DNA of 64,000 bases, taken from NCBI GenBank assembly GCA_053919585.1, contig CM132816.1; one strand, given 5' to 3'. The translations under genes were made by a program, and so were the position numbers. Below the pieces are notes generated by a model. It ran no database searches and was not told the DNA's origin. It saw nothing but the letters and a program-made list of their open reading frames with translations. This document shows positions 1 through 10,669 of the stretch, piece after piece. This DNA comes from Euprymna scolopes. Lineage: Eukaryota. How positions within the stretch are numbered: the first letter of the stretch is position 1; the number at the start of each line of letters is the position of its first letter.

Positions 1-744
1 AACTATTCATAGAAAGTCATAAATTTCGCTTTTTCACACATAGATAAAAAGACTGAAAATCGTTGTCGAGAAGCGTAAAAAATACGATTAAAAAAACGAT
101 ATTCCATGGTGTGGTTTTATCCATTGAATAAAAATAGGAGCACAATCGTAAACTACAAGGCAATGAAAGTATAATACATAACCAAATGGAGAGTTTTTTT
201 TTAATGTTCAGACATATGCAAATGAAGCTATGCACACCCAGCAATCATGCTGTAATATTTTCACAAGCCTGAAAAACTGTAATATTTTCACAAGCCTAAA
301 AAACCTGTAAGACAAGGTTTACTGTAATTATTTTTATACAATGAATATATTTAAAATTAATATGAATTATTTAATTGTTATTTTTTTTAATATTATTAGA
401 CAATAAGGATGTTTCTTCTTTCTCAGTGTGACCTATATTCGATTATAGTTTTAATGTTGAAACATTATTTTGCAAAAAAAAAAAACATTTCCTCTGATAG
501 GATGAGCGATTTATCGAAATTCTATGAACTATGGGGAAAAAGTAAAATTTGTGTATCTTTTATCTAGTATAAATTTGCAGTCAGTTTTTTTTACTTCATT
601 GATTTCTACAGTTTCCTATATGGCATTGCTCTATGTGGTGTATTGTGCTGCTTTGTGTTATTGGGATTGTTTTATAAATAATATATTAATATTTCTTTGG
701 ATTTTAATTTTAAAGTATAATAGAATGTGTAATCTGAAAGTATC

Positions 745-1575
745 ATGTTCTTGCGGGTTTTAACTTTTTACATTCAGATGGACATGTTTCGGATCAAACA
801 CAATGTTATTGAACGAAATAAGCGCCATTAGACTCAACACAGCTTTGCAAATGCAAATCAAGCGCATATATGCCAGTAACGGAAGAGATCTTGCGTTCTG
901 ATGGAAGTCGCTGAAGGTGTTTTTAAAACAGTTATCAGGCAACAAGTTTTCGGGATGCTTGAAAAAGTGATAGTCGGTAGATGAGCGGGCTAGAGAGAAT
1001 GACGGATGAGACAATATTTCGTAGCCCACTTCGTTCAACTTATGCAGAGACAGTTTAGCAAGAGCAGTCGGCCATTGTTTAGGAGAAGAATTGAGCTTTT
1101 ACTTTTAGCTAATACTGAGTGTAGGTGAAATTTTTGATTTAAGTAATCCGTGTGTGTACAGTACATCTCGGTCGCAATGGTTGCGCCTGCATTCAAAAAA
1201 AATATAATAATAAATCCGGTCGCAAACGAGCAAACAGTCAATGTGACATTCTTTTGGTTCAACTTTGGTTTCGTCGATTGTGGAGCGTCGTTGGTGTCGG
1301 CTTTCGTAAATGATAAACTTTTCATAGCAAGTTGAGAAACGGCTCATTCTTGTTGTGTAAGAGAAGGGAAGATAACCTGTTTCTTTTAGTTGTCGTCAAA
1401 TGCGTCCGTAATATATTTATCAAGCTTTTATTCTTCTTAGCCTCTCTCAACTGGTTGGAAATCGTCGTATATGTTACATCTAATTAATAGTTCTCGAACA
1501 GTTGTACGTGGCTTGGCTTTGACTAATGTTCTAAATTGATCGTTGTCAACATCCGATGGCCGACCACTACCATCA
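745..1575 (-). mobile_element. Decayed mariner transposase (Hsmar1/SETMAR-like), 5'-truncated, frameshifted
   Basis: ORF pieces GSGRPSDVDNDQFRTLVKAKPRTTVREL, PKLNQKNVTLTV and GYEILSHPSFSLARSSTDYHFFKHPENLL match mariner motifs (RSGRPSEVDNDQL, PNLHQKKVMVTV, YSPDLSPTDYHFFKHLDNFL) in the correct order. Confidence 0.9.
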
Positions 1576-1884
1576 AATAATATAAGAAATAAAAAAATGG
1601 CTATTAAAAGATAAATAAACTTTTGTGTAAAATCATAGTAATAATTAAAAAAATGGACTTCATGATGTTGTCTGTATCGATTTAATGATTTAATAAGAGT
1701 AGTCAGAAAATACACCAAAGAACAAGTAACAGAGAGCAGAGTTGGAGCGTTTATTATGTGAGCAATCCCCTGCAATGTCTTGTTGGCTTGCTGGTTCTAT
1801 TTGTTTGGTAATTAACTCAAGGTAAGATAACGAATGACTACCACATCTTAGCGAATTTTAGGTGTTAATAATAATATTTTAAAA

Positions 1885-2403
1885 CTAGCTGGCAACTCGG
1901 CATTGCCCATTTGCAAATTCGCTTAAATATGATACTTTGATTAATGCAGATATCGTATTAGTAATTATAGAAAAACTTTTCTACGTTGGACTTGAAAACG
2001 ACCAAATTATAGTCGGCCGGAAAGCAAGAAAACGGAAAACAGTTCCATAGAGATGCATTTATAAGAAAAAAAAACTTTCTTGAAATCATTGACCAGGTTT
2101 GGGTATAGATAAAGGTATGTCTAATTTCTCTATGAGAAGTTTTCCTCTCTAAACATAAATTTTAATAGCATTTCATCTTAATGTTTATTTCATTTTTAAT
2201 CTATGAAACAATGTATGTAGCTTTCGAAAACAAAAAAAATGTAATATATACTAACAGGATTCGTGTAACAATAATGCCCGGTGGAATATGTTTTAGTGAG
2301 ATTGTTCGTTGGATCCACTGTCCTCCCATTATAATCTCAGACACTGGCACCTGTAGCCAAAAATAAATGGGCCGTGGCAATGAACGGACGCATTTTATAT
2401 AGA
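1885..2403 (-). mobile_element. Non-autonomous Helitron-like element
   Basis: Minus strand starts TCTATATAAAATGCGTCCGTTC (2403) and ends with a GGCAA..TTGCC hairpin then CTAG (1885-1888), sitting between host A and T. Confidence 0.5.
1954..2135 (-). mobile_element. 3'-end fragment of the local CR1/L2-group LINE
   Basis: Reverse complement aligns with LINE ORF C-termini at 5840-5975 and 57715-57860; paralogous to 2900-3080. Confidence 0.65.
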
Positions 2404-2489
2404 TTTATATATTAAAGTGTATATCTTCAACTAAAACCATATTTGTTTGTATGATATTTTCTAAAAAAAACAAACAACAAAATAAAAAC

Positions 2490-3930
2490 GGAATTTTAAG
2501 AAAATAAATATGTTGGGGAGGTCTAGATCACAGTGTAGTATCATTTCTGATACGGCAGCTCACCTTTTCTGACCTCGATCGGTATAAAAGAAATCTTTCT
2601 TGACGATGGCAATTTATATTTTTGTTCCTATCCAGCGTGCAACGAAACTAAATAGGAACTAACATTTGTATAGTAGTCACGTGCAAAACTGTAATTTATA
2701 GTGTTTTTTGTTGGTATCAGCGTGTTCGGGGCGTAATAAAATAATGAAAAAATATTGTTTCATATTTTGTTAATTGCTTAATGCATATTATTATTTTTGC
2801 ATGTCAATTTAAAGAAAACGCAAATAATCGAGGTAATAGATGTCCAATTGAGTTATGTGTTAAAATGTAAGTTTGATTGTGTTTTCAATTCGTCGTTGTC
2901 GTATTAGTAATTATAGAAGAACTTTTCTACGTTGGACTTGAAGACGAGTAAATTGTAGTCGGCCGAGTAAGCAAGCAAATGGTAAAGTGTACCACAGGCG
3001 TGCAGTTCTAAAAAAAACATTCTTGGAATCTACGACCAGGTTTAGGCACAGATAAAGGCATGTCCAATTTATCCATGTTTATATTATATTAAACGTATAC
3101 ACTTTCGTAGTTTGTAAACTGTATATAGTTTTTGTATTTTACTTTTATTTTGTAATGATAACTCTTGATGGTCATGTTGACCAAGTACTTAGGAAATACT
3201 TGCTGCTATGATAAGCCAGAAAATAAACGTAAGTGGAAAAATGTTTTATGTAAAAAAGGGAGTAGATGCATAAACAATTAAATTAGTAGCAAGTAATTCT
3301 TAACGATGAGTTTTGCATTGTAATGTATTCAAAAGATTCGAAAAATATAACTGTCATTGTATAGTTTAATGGAAACATTTAACTGTTCTCTCTAAAAATA
3401 TAACAAATTAGTTTATCTTAAAATCACCTAATTTTGCTAAAAAAAAAGCGACATTTTAAGAAAAGACATATGTTGGGAAAACTTAGATCACAGTCTATAG
3501 TCTGTTCTGATACTGCATCTTACCCTTATTGACCTCGATCAGTGAAGGAAATCTCCTTCTAGACTGGTTTAATTTGTATTCTTGTGCCCTTCCAGAATGC
3601 AACACACAATTTTAATTCAGTCACGTGTTAAAGCATAAGCCTGAATATGTGGCGAAGTAGTTGTCGTCGTTGCCGTGCTGCTATAAAAGAAAATTACATT
3701 TTAATATTTTGTAAAGTGTAACATTTTTGTGTTGTATTTATTAATATTTGTGACGATAAATCCTGGTGATCTTATGGATCGAGTACTTAGGTCATACTGG
3801 CCGGTATGAAACACAACAAAAATAAGTAGGAAAATGTTCTATTAAAAACAAGATGTGGGAGGAATCCTCAAAAAAATACAAGTAGCTAGGAACCGTTCTG
3901 GATTAGTTTTGCGGCGCAATGTATCTAAAT
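2490..3930. repeat. Old diverged tandem duplication
   Basis: 2490-2700 resembles 3453-3630 (shared TAGATCACAGT and TGACCTCGATC); 3130-3330 resembles 3720-3930 (shared AGTACTTAGG). Confidence 0.6.
2900..3080 (-). mobile_element. 3'-end fragment of the local CR1/L2-group LINE
   Basis: Reverse complement translates as LSVPKPGRRFQE..RTARLWYTLP..DYNLLVFKSNVEKF, like the LINE C-terminus at 57715-57860. Confidence 0.7.
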
Positions 3931-4611
3931 GCGTTTATTAGGATCGAACAGCACTAATCGTTAATGTTATTTTCATAACGGGTAACACACTGTAATGACT
4001 TAGTTTGTTGGTAAAGTATCGAGCTGTAAGATAATACTGTTAAATATATTCGAAATGTGAAAATTAAAGTAATGGGATTTGCCCAAGTGAATGGGAAACG
4101 ACGGCATTACAAATATGCATACGTAACGTCATAGTTATTGTTCATATTTGTATTGTTAACCCTAAAACATTTCGCTAACAGATCTTCATAACTCGAGCAT
4201 TAACGTCAAAATAAAAAAAAAATGATTAAGAAGCTTAACGTTTTCGTTTCATTACTCGGTGTTTGCGCACGAGTCATTTTTCTTTTTTTTAATTTTTAAA
4301 TAATTATTAGTTATTGGGTTCAATATTGTCTACTATATGATAAAATAATTGTAGAAATTCACCTCTGGTCTAAAGTAACGTTGGTTTCTACAACACATGC
4401 CTCATACAAATGTTGCAATTTTTACAATTATTTTTTTCTATGTGGTTCGTTTACCTAGGGACCGTGGTGAAGCAAGGAAAACAAGAATCGCGCATCATAT
4501 AAGCGATCAGAGCCATGCTACTGAACTTTCTTTGGCGTCTAAAAATCGGAAAAAAAAGTAGAACTACACTTATGACAGGGGAACACTTTAGAGTCTTCAC
4601 ATGTTACAATA

Positions 4612-4612
<1 letters not shown>

Positions 4613-4664
<52 letters not shown>
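4613..4664. repeat. (TA)n microsatellite, representative of more than 20 (TA)n/(CA)n tracts
   Basis: Others at about 5141, 6098, 6811, 6925, 9985, 12692, 15639, 23692, 33561, 39674, 42972, 44427, 45629 and 46192. Confidence 0.95.
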
Positions 4665-4667
<3 letters not shown>

Positions 4668-4669
4668 GT

Positions 4670-4708
4670 CCACTGACACGTGCTTCGTCGTCTACGACAT
4701 CAGAGTGG
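4670..4708 (-). ncRNA. Degenerate minimal type I hammerhead ribozyme
   Basis: Minus strand reads CCACT CTGAT GTCG TAGA CGAC GAAGC ACGT GTC AGTGG: stem I CCACT/AGTGG, stem II GTCG/CGAC, palindromic loop III, GUC cleavage triplet. The core has lost GA and carries GAAA>GAAG. Confidence 0.65.
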
Positions 4709-4935
4709 CTGAATCTAGCGAGATTCGAATTCGAGACCCCATGTTAAGAAGCCTAAATCCTTCGCCTCGTCCACATCGCTGACTGTTAGGATATATCTCG
4801 ATTTACGTATATGTATTAAAAAAAATAAACATATACGTAAATCGCGATATATCCGAACAGTCAGCGAGGAGAACGAGGGGTAAGGGTTTAGGTTTCTTAC
4901 CATGGAATCCCCATTTCGAATCTTTCTAGATTAAG

Positions 4936-4976
4936 CCCTCCTAATGAGTCGTAGATGACGAATCACATATCAGTAG
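4936..4976 (+). ncRNA. Degenerate minimal type I hammerhead ribozyme (sister arm)
   Basis: CCCTC CTAATGA GTCG TAGA TGAC GAATC ACAT ATC AGTAG; its mutations mostly differ from those of the left-arm copy. Confidence 0.55.
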
Positions 4977-5138
4977 ATAATTATATTTTAAAAATAATAT
5001 ATATGCCGCTCCCCATGTGGGGGTACCAAATTGGTTTAAGGCAAAACCTATTCCCAACTGGCATTTAGGTAAAATGCACTTTCGTAAATAATTGAATTCA
5101 TTCAAGACATATCGCAAAACAAAAACAAATAGCACCCC

Positions 5139-5190
<52 letters not shown>

Positions 5191-5191
<1 letters not shown>

Positions 5192-6094
5192 TGTATTCCA
5201 ATTATAGTCCTCAAAAGCCTTCATCCAGAACAAGCGCCCATACTTTGAAAACAAGTTAAACGCTGTCTTAAGGAGAATTGCTTCCAATCATCCTGGGAAA
5301 TCTCCCCAGTATGCTCTGTATTTAAGAATTCAAGTGATCGCTCATCTCCCTCTCAGTACAGGCCAATAAGTCTCCCCTGCGCCATGAGTAAGTTGTTAGA
5401 ATCTGTGTTAAATAGAGAAGTAATCAACAATCTCAGCAAAAATAACCTTCTTATCGACACGCAATATATTTGTCGTTCTGCTAGATCATCAGCAAATGTG
5501 CTTACAGTGATATCCCATAGGATGAGCGAATCTCGCGACGCAGGCTACCTTTCTAGGGCAATTGCTCTTGACATATCAAAGGCCTTGGATAGGGTATGTC
5601 ATAAAGGTTTGCTTAACAAAATATACAGCTACGGTATATTAATGGACCACACACATTAATTCCGTTGCCAAAGGCACTGGAAAAATGGTAGGATCCTTCT
5701 ATCTTTCTCAAATATGAGATGTTGCGAGTTTGTCTCTGCTTTTCGTTATTTTCAGCTCCTATCTATGCCCTCCTTCGCAAACTTTCACAAAAAATACCCG
5801 TCTAGCTGAAAACACTATCAATAATTTCCCCTACTCTTTATCTGTGCTTAAACGTATACGTAGATTCCATGAACAAAGCTTATTTCTAAGAATTGCGCGT
5901 CTGTGGAATTGTCTTCAGTATTGCTGCTTTCCATCTGGCTACAATACGGTTGTCATCTAGTCTAACGTAAACAAGTTTTGGATGAGCCGTTCCATATAAG
6001 TTACCAAATTTACCGATTTGCGATTACTAACAATTACTTTATTGTCCAATTGTCCACTGCCCATTCTTGGCCTTGATAAAGGCTGATGCATTTG

Positions 6095-6100
<6 letters not shown>
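5191..6100 (+). mobile_element. CR1/L2-group non-LTR retrotransposon fragment (RT N-half joined to 3' end)
   Basis: QYRPISL..MSKLLESVLN..RAIALDISKALDRVCHKGLL, then C-terminal FLRIARLWNCL and the family 3' UTR. The YADD region is deleted. Flanked by (TA)n on both sides. Confidence 0.9.
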
Positions 6101-6154
<54 letters not shown>

Positions 6155-6321
6155 TTGATGGGACAATAAGTGGCGAAGTAAAGCTATATGGAATATCGAA
6201 AATCCGCGTAATAGTTTTATTTTCCTTATTAAAAGCAAATAAATAAAGGACAATACCATTATATAATAATTGTTAAAACTTATGTTTTCTTACTAGTTTT
6301 GCATACCCACACGCACCTTAC

Positions 6322-6352
<31 letters not shown>

Positions 6353-6452
6353 TACCACACACATACACACACACGAACATATATATATATATACATATAT
6401 TCCTGATTAGGTCGTGATGTTTTACCACATACATACACACACACACACGAAC

Positions 6453-6485
<33 letters not shown>

Positions 6486-6807
6486 CGGATTAGTCGTTAT
6501 GTTTTATAGTATCGTAAATATTTGTTCAGCTTCGTAAGTCGGAATGATTATATTAATATGTGTTCTATCTACATACCGCCCAAAATTTAAGATGAGTCAA
6601 ACATATTGCTTTCTTCAATCGATACTCTTCTAATAATTCTGTGTATGTGAAAATGTAAATATCAATAAGCATTAAAATTTTCACTTAATTCACAGTGACC
6701 TTATAGTATAGAAGAATTACATTCAGCCAGTTTATATATATGCTTGGCTTTGAATAGAAAGTTCAGATGCGCTTTCCCCTTGGCATTTTAGAAAGTCGCA
6801 ATGTGGA

Positions 6808-6859
<52 letters not shown>

Positions 6860-6899
6860 ACAGGAGAATGTATAGTATGTATATATAGATATGCATAGT

Positions 6900-6959
<60 letters not shown>

Positions 6960-6966
<7 letters not shown>

Positions 6967-8170
6967 ATATAGACAAAGGTAGCGTGGTGGTTATCATGAA
7001 TAAGAACTACTTTAAAACGAAAATTTTAGAATCACTAGGGAACGACAATTATTACAAACCAGTTAGCTCTTACATAGACGACACAACAATATCTAAAGTC
7101 ACAAAACACTGTACAACATAGGACAGCATATTAACGAAAAAAGAAAAATACTTCCTCACAAACTTCACAACAAAACAAACAACTTCTATGAACTACCCAA
7201 AATACACAAATCTTACCAGGTAAGACCTGCCATCAACATACAAAAGTGGAGTACATACGCATCCCAAACCTCAACGACCTCACATTCAGACCCATAGTAG
7301 CAGGACCATAATGTCCAACAAGCAGACTTAGCGACCTAATAGATATATTATTACAACCCTTCACCAATCTAGTAAGAAGTTATGTAAGGGAAGACACACA
7401 CTACCTTAGCTCCCTACCACAAACAGTAGACGATGGGACAATAACAGCTACATTCGATGTTAGCAGCCTATATAACAATGCCCCTCACAACCTAGGAAAT
7501 GAACGTATCTCATATTTGATTGACAAACATACACAAATTTTACACCCAAGTTTCAATAAACAATTCGTGATTGAAAGCATTGACATAATCCTCAATAACA
7601 CCTGCTTCCAATTCAATAAATACAACTACATCCAAATACTAGGCACAGCAATGAGTACTAAAATGGCACAAACACATGCAACCCTTACACTTGCCTTCCT
7701 AAAAGATACCCTTTATGAAAGGATAAAACAGAAATATAGGCACAATATATAAATATTCTTTATAAAATCTTGGAAAACATACCTAGACGATTGCTTTATC
7801 CTCTGGAGTATCACATGGGGGGATGTCAGAGAACTCCGCGCTGCGAAATCTACACAAAAATAAACTTCACACTAGAACAAAGTTCAACAGAACTAACTTT
7901 CCTAGACATCCTAGTAAAAATCAAAAACGAAAACATAGTTACATACATCTACCACAAACCCTCAGACACTCAACTATACCTTCACTTTTTAGGCCTACAT
8001 CCTTAAAAACTGTCTAAAATCAATATCCTACTCCCTAGCACGTAGAGTCTGCACCATAGTAATAGATAGACGCCTTCGTTCGACTAGACTGCATGAACTT
8101 CAAATAATGCTGCGGAAAAGAGGATATCCACTACCACTAATTCAGAAATGTATTTAACTGGCTGAAAAAA
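6960..8170 (+). mobile_element. Penelope-like element reverse transcriptase pseudogene
   Basis: DKGSVVVIM, LPKIHKS, FRPIVAGP, FDVSSLY, YIQILGTAM, YLDDCF, TFLDILV and YHKPSD..YLHF..HP motifs in order, with stops and frameshifts. Confidence 0.9.
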
Positions 8171-9200
8171 TTCTAATAGACCAACACACACACACATGCA
8201 TGCATCCACACACAAACATAACACCCCTGTATCTAATACAACATATTGAACAATACCAACCCTACTTAACCTGGAAACAAACAACACTAGGAAACACCAA
8301 GAACCATAGTGTAATATTTGTTCCAACACCTCGCCCCCCTACGTCTGTCAGTAGAGGAGAAATCGTTTATAATTGAGATAACTATCATCATTTATATCAT
8401 ACCTCCTCCGATACCTGTACCCGTCCAAGTGGCCCATCACCTCTGACGACGAGATCTTCCCCACACTAAGAACCGATCCTGGGTCTGGCCATACCCACAT
8501 AAGTAGACAAATAAATAGAAACATTAAAAATCCCCTATGTATATTTATAAATACACCTATTTATCTAAACAAACACACTATTAAGAATACCCGAACAGTC
8601 TAAGACTGAAACGAAAAATCACAATACTAAAATCTAAGAATCAAAAAAATAAATAGTAAACTTGAATGAAAACACCTCTACGCTTATTTCAGAGGAGCTG
8701 CCCCCCTCCTACCTCACACACATTATTAACGCCCTTTGGTCACAGTTACCTTCCTAGGGAAGCAGATACTTCTGTAATACTATAAAACATAACATACATT
8801 CTTCAAACCAATAAAAGAAAACATACACCCACTCACACACACACCACACACACACACATATACACACACACATCCGCCCCTATGCACCTAGTTGACCAAG
8901 TTTCAATGGTCTCCTAACTCCCACTTAAGTAGGAGTAAAAAATGAAAAAAAATGAGGAAAAACAAAGAAAGATAAATAGAAACACAAGCAGAGAGAGAGA
9001 GCGAGAGAGAGAGAGAGAGAAACATAAGACAACAGTGAGCACAGTCCAGCCCAAGGATCCAGTAATAGAAATTGAACATACGAATGAAAAGTAGAATCAT
9101 TTATACATGTTTCCACCTCTCGGAAACATTTCAAATGCATTACGAAAATGTTCTTTTACATTTTTAACACACCTTGAATGTATTCTAAACATTTAAAATA

Positions 9201-9247
9201 CGTTATGAAGACGACGCTTCACAGAACGTCTGAAACGCGTTAAAACG
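9201..9247 (+). ncRNA. Degenerate minimal type I hammerhead, probably in a PLE pseudo-LTR
   Basis: CGTT ATGAAGA C GACG CTTCACAGAA CGTC T GAAAC GC GTT AAAACG; core C>A change; palindromic AACGCGTT at stem III. Confidence 0.5.
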
Positions 9248-9254
9248 ATTTCAA

Positions 9255-9980
9255 TGATTTAAAAACATTATTACAATGATCTAAACTTAATTCTCATTGA
9301 AAAACCAAAACACCGTATAAAAACAACACTAGCGAATAGATACTGGGAACTCAAAGAAAGCGGGCATTCGCCGGTAGTCGAATGGAAAATAATAAGACAA
9401 GCTAGCACATGTAGGCATTTAGACGACCCATGTAAATTATGCCTTCATGAAAAATGTGCTATCCTGTACTTTAAAGTACCCCAACATCTATTAAACTATA
9501 GAATAGAAATAGCAAATAAATGTGTTCACAAAATAAAATTTACTCTAGGATAGCGATACAAAATAGTTTTAAAACTAACAAAAAACAATAGAAAATAAAC
9601 TAATAAATAAATTAAATAAACATGAATATACATAAACGATCACACATATATGTATGTATATATAAATATGTATATATATATGCATATATGTATGTACACA
9701 TATGTTCATTTATATATATATATATATATAAAGAAATGTCTGCCTTAAACCACTAAACTAGTTTTAAAACAGATCCTTTGTTCGATAAAATGCATGCCAA
9801 TTGGCTGATAGGATGGGATGCGGTGAATACTAGAAAGTTGATTGGCTAAGTAAAACACTCAACAGAAGAGGACCATATAAAAAAAAACAACCACAGAATT
9901 CGGGCATAAGCCTGAAGAATCCTAGAGTGGATGAAACGCCGAATATTCAGTGTAGCTTAATCGCCATATGTATATTATAA

Positions 9981-9990
<10 letters not shown>
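9255..9990 (+). mobile_element. PLE 3' end: GIY-YIG endonuclease C-terminus plus pseudo-LTR (Naiad-like, by inference)
   Basis: KTTLANRYWELKE..WKIIRQA..CKLCLHEK..LLNYRIEIANKCVHK*, followed by CCAAT-like boxes (about 9797, 9840), a TATA-like box (about 9875) and an HHR. Second copy at 43440-44180. Confidence 0.8.
9907..9959 (+). ncRNA. Type I hammerhead ribozyme with intact core
   Basis: TAAGC CTGAAGA ATCC TAGAGT GGAT GAAAC GC CGAATATTCA GT GTA GCTTA: stem I TAAGC/GCTTA, stem II ATCC/GGAT, GUA cleavage site, palindrome GAATATTC in loop III. Confidence 0.85.
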
Positions 9991-10019
<29 letters not shown>

Positions 10020-10021
10020 TA

Positions 10022-10072
<51 letters not shown>

Positions 10073-10187
10073 GAGTAGTTATTCTTTTTTTGGACACGGC
10101 TGGGTAAATAAGCATAAGTGATTAATTCTGTAGGAATAAAATTTTAATTCTTATTGAAAATATTACATATAAATATGCGTATGCGTA

Positions 10188-10337
10188 NNNNNNNNNNNNN
10201 NNNNNNNNNNNNNNNNNNNNNNNNNNNNNNNNNNNNNNNNNNNNNNNNNNNNNNNNNNNNNNNNNNNNNNNNNNNNNNNNNNNNNNNNNNNNNNNNNNNN
10301 NNNNNNNNNNNNNNNNNNNNNNNNNNNNNNNNNNNNN
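10188..10337. other. Assembly gap
   Basis: N runs; others at 24937-25142, 30893-31053, 33762-33905, 38359-38494, 43262-43411, 45850-45998, 59699-59894 and 60227-60399. Confidence 1.
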
Positions 10338-10628
10338 TATACGTATAAATTAATATATATATATATATATATATATATTAATTTATATACACACATGTAT
10401 GTGAATAAATTTAAATAAAGATCATTCTATTATGGCGTATTTTCTTATAAATTTTTTCAGCAATTCTACATAAAAACTTTTCACTGGCATAACACGCACC
10501 CCTTTTTAATTAGTAGTATTGTGTATATCAGTCTTTTAATAATGTAATAATAAAACCATGTATTTACATATGTATTCAATTGCATATTGTACATATGTAT
10601 TATACACACGCACCCATATATATATGTA

Positions 10629-10669
<41 letters not shown>

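Larger units (their letters stand above)
4661..4985. repeat. Head-to-head palindrome of two tRNA-like head + hammerhead units
   Basis: Inner arms CGCTGACTGTTAGGATATATCTCGATTTACGTATATGT / ACATATACGTAAATCGCGATATATCCGAACAGTCAGCG pair with 2 mismatches around a short A-rich loop. The outer arms remain alignable to the ends. Confidence 0.9.

Noticed and set aside
251-310. 27-bp tandem duplication (a similar 26-bp one at 34428-34480)
   Set aside because: Ordinary local slippage duplications with no further structure.
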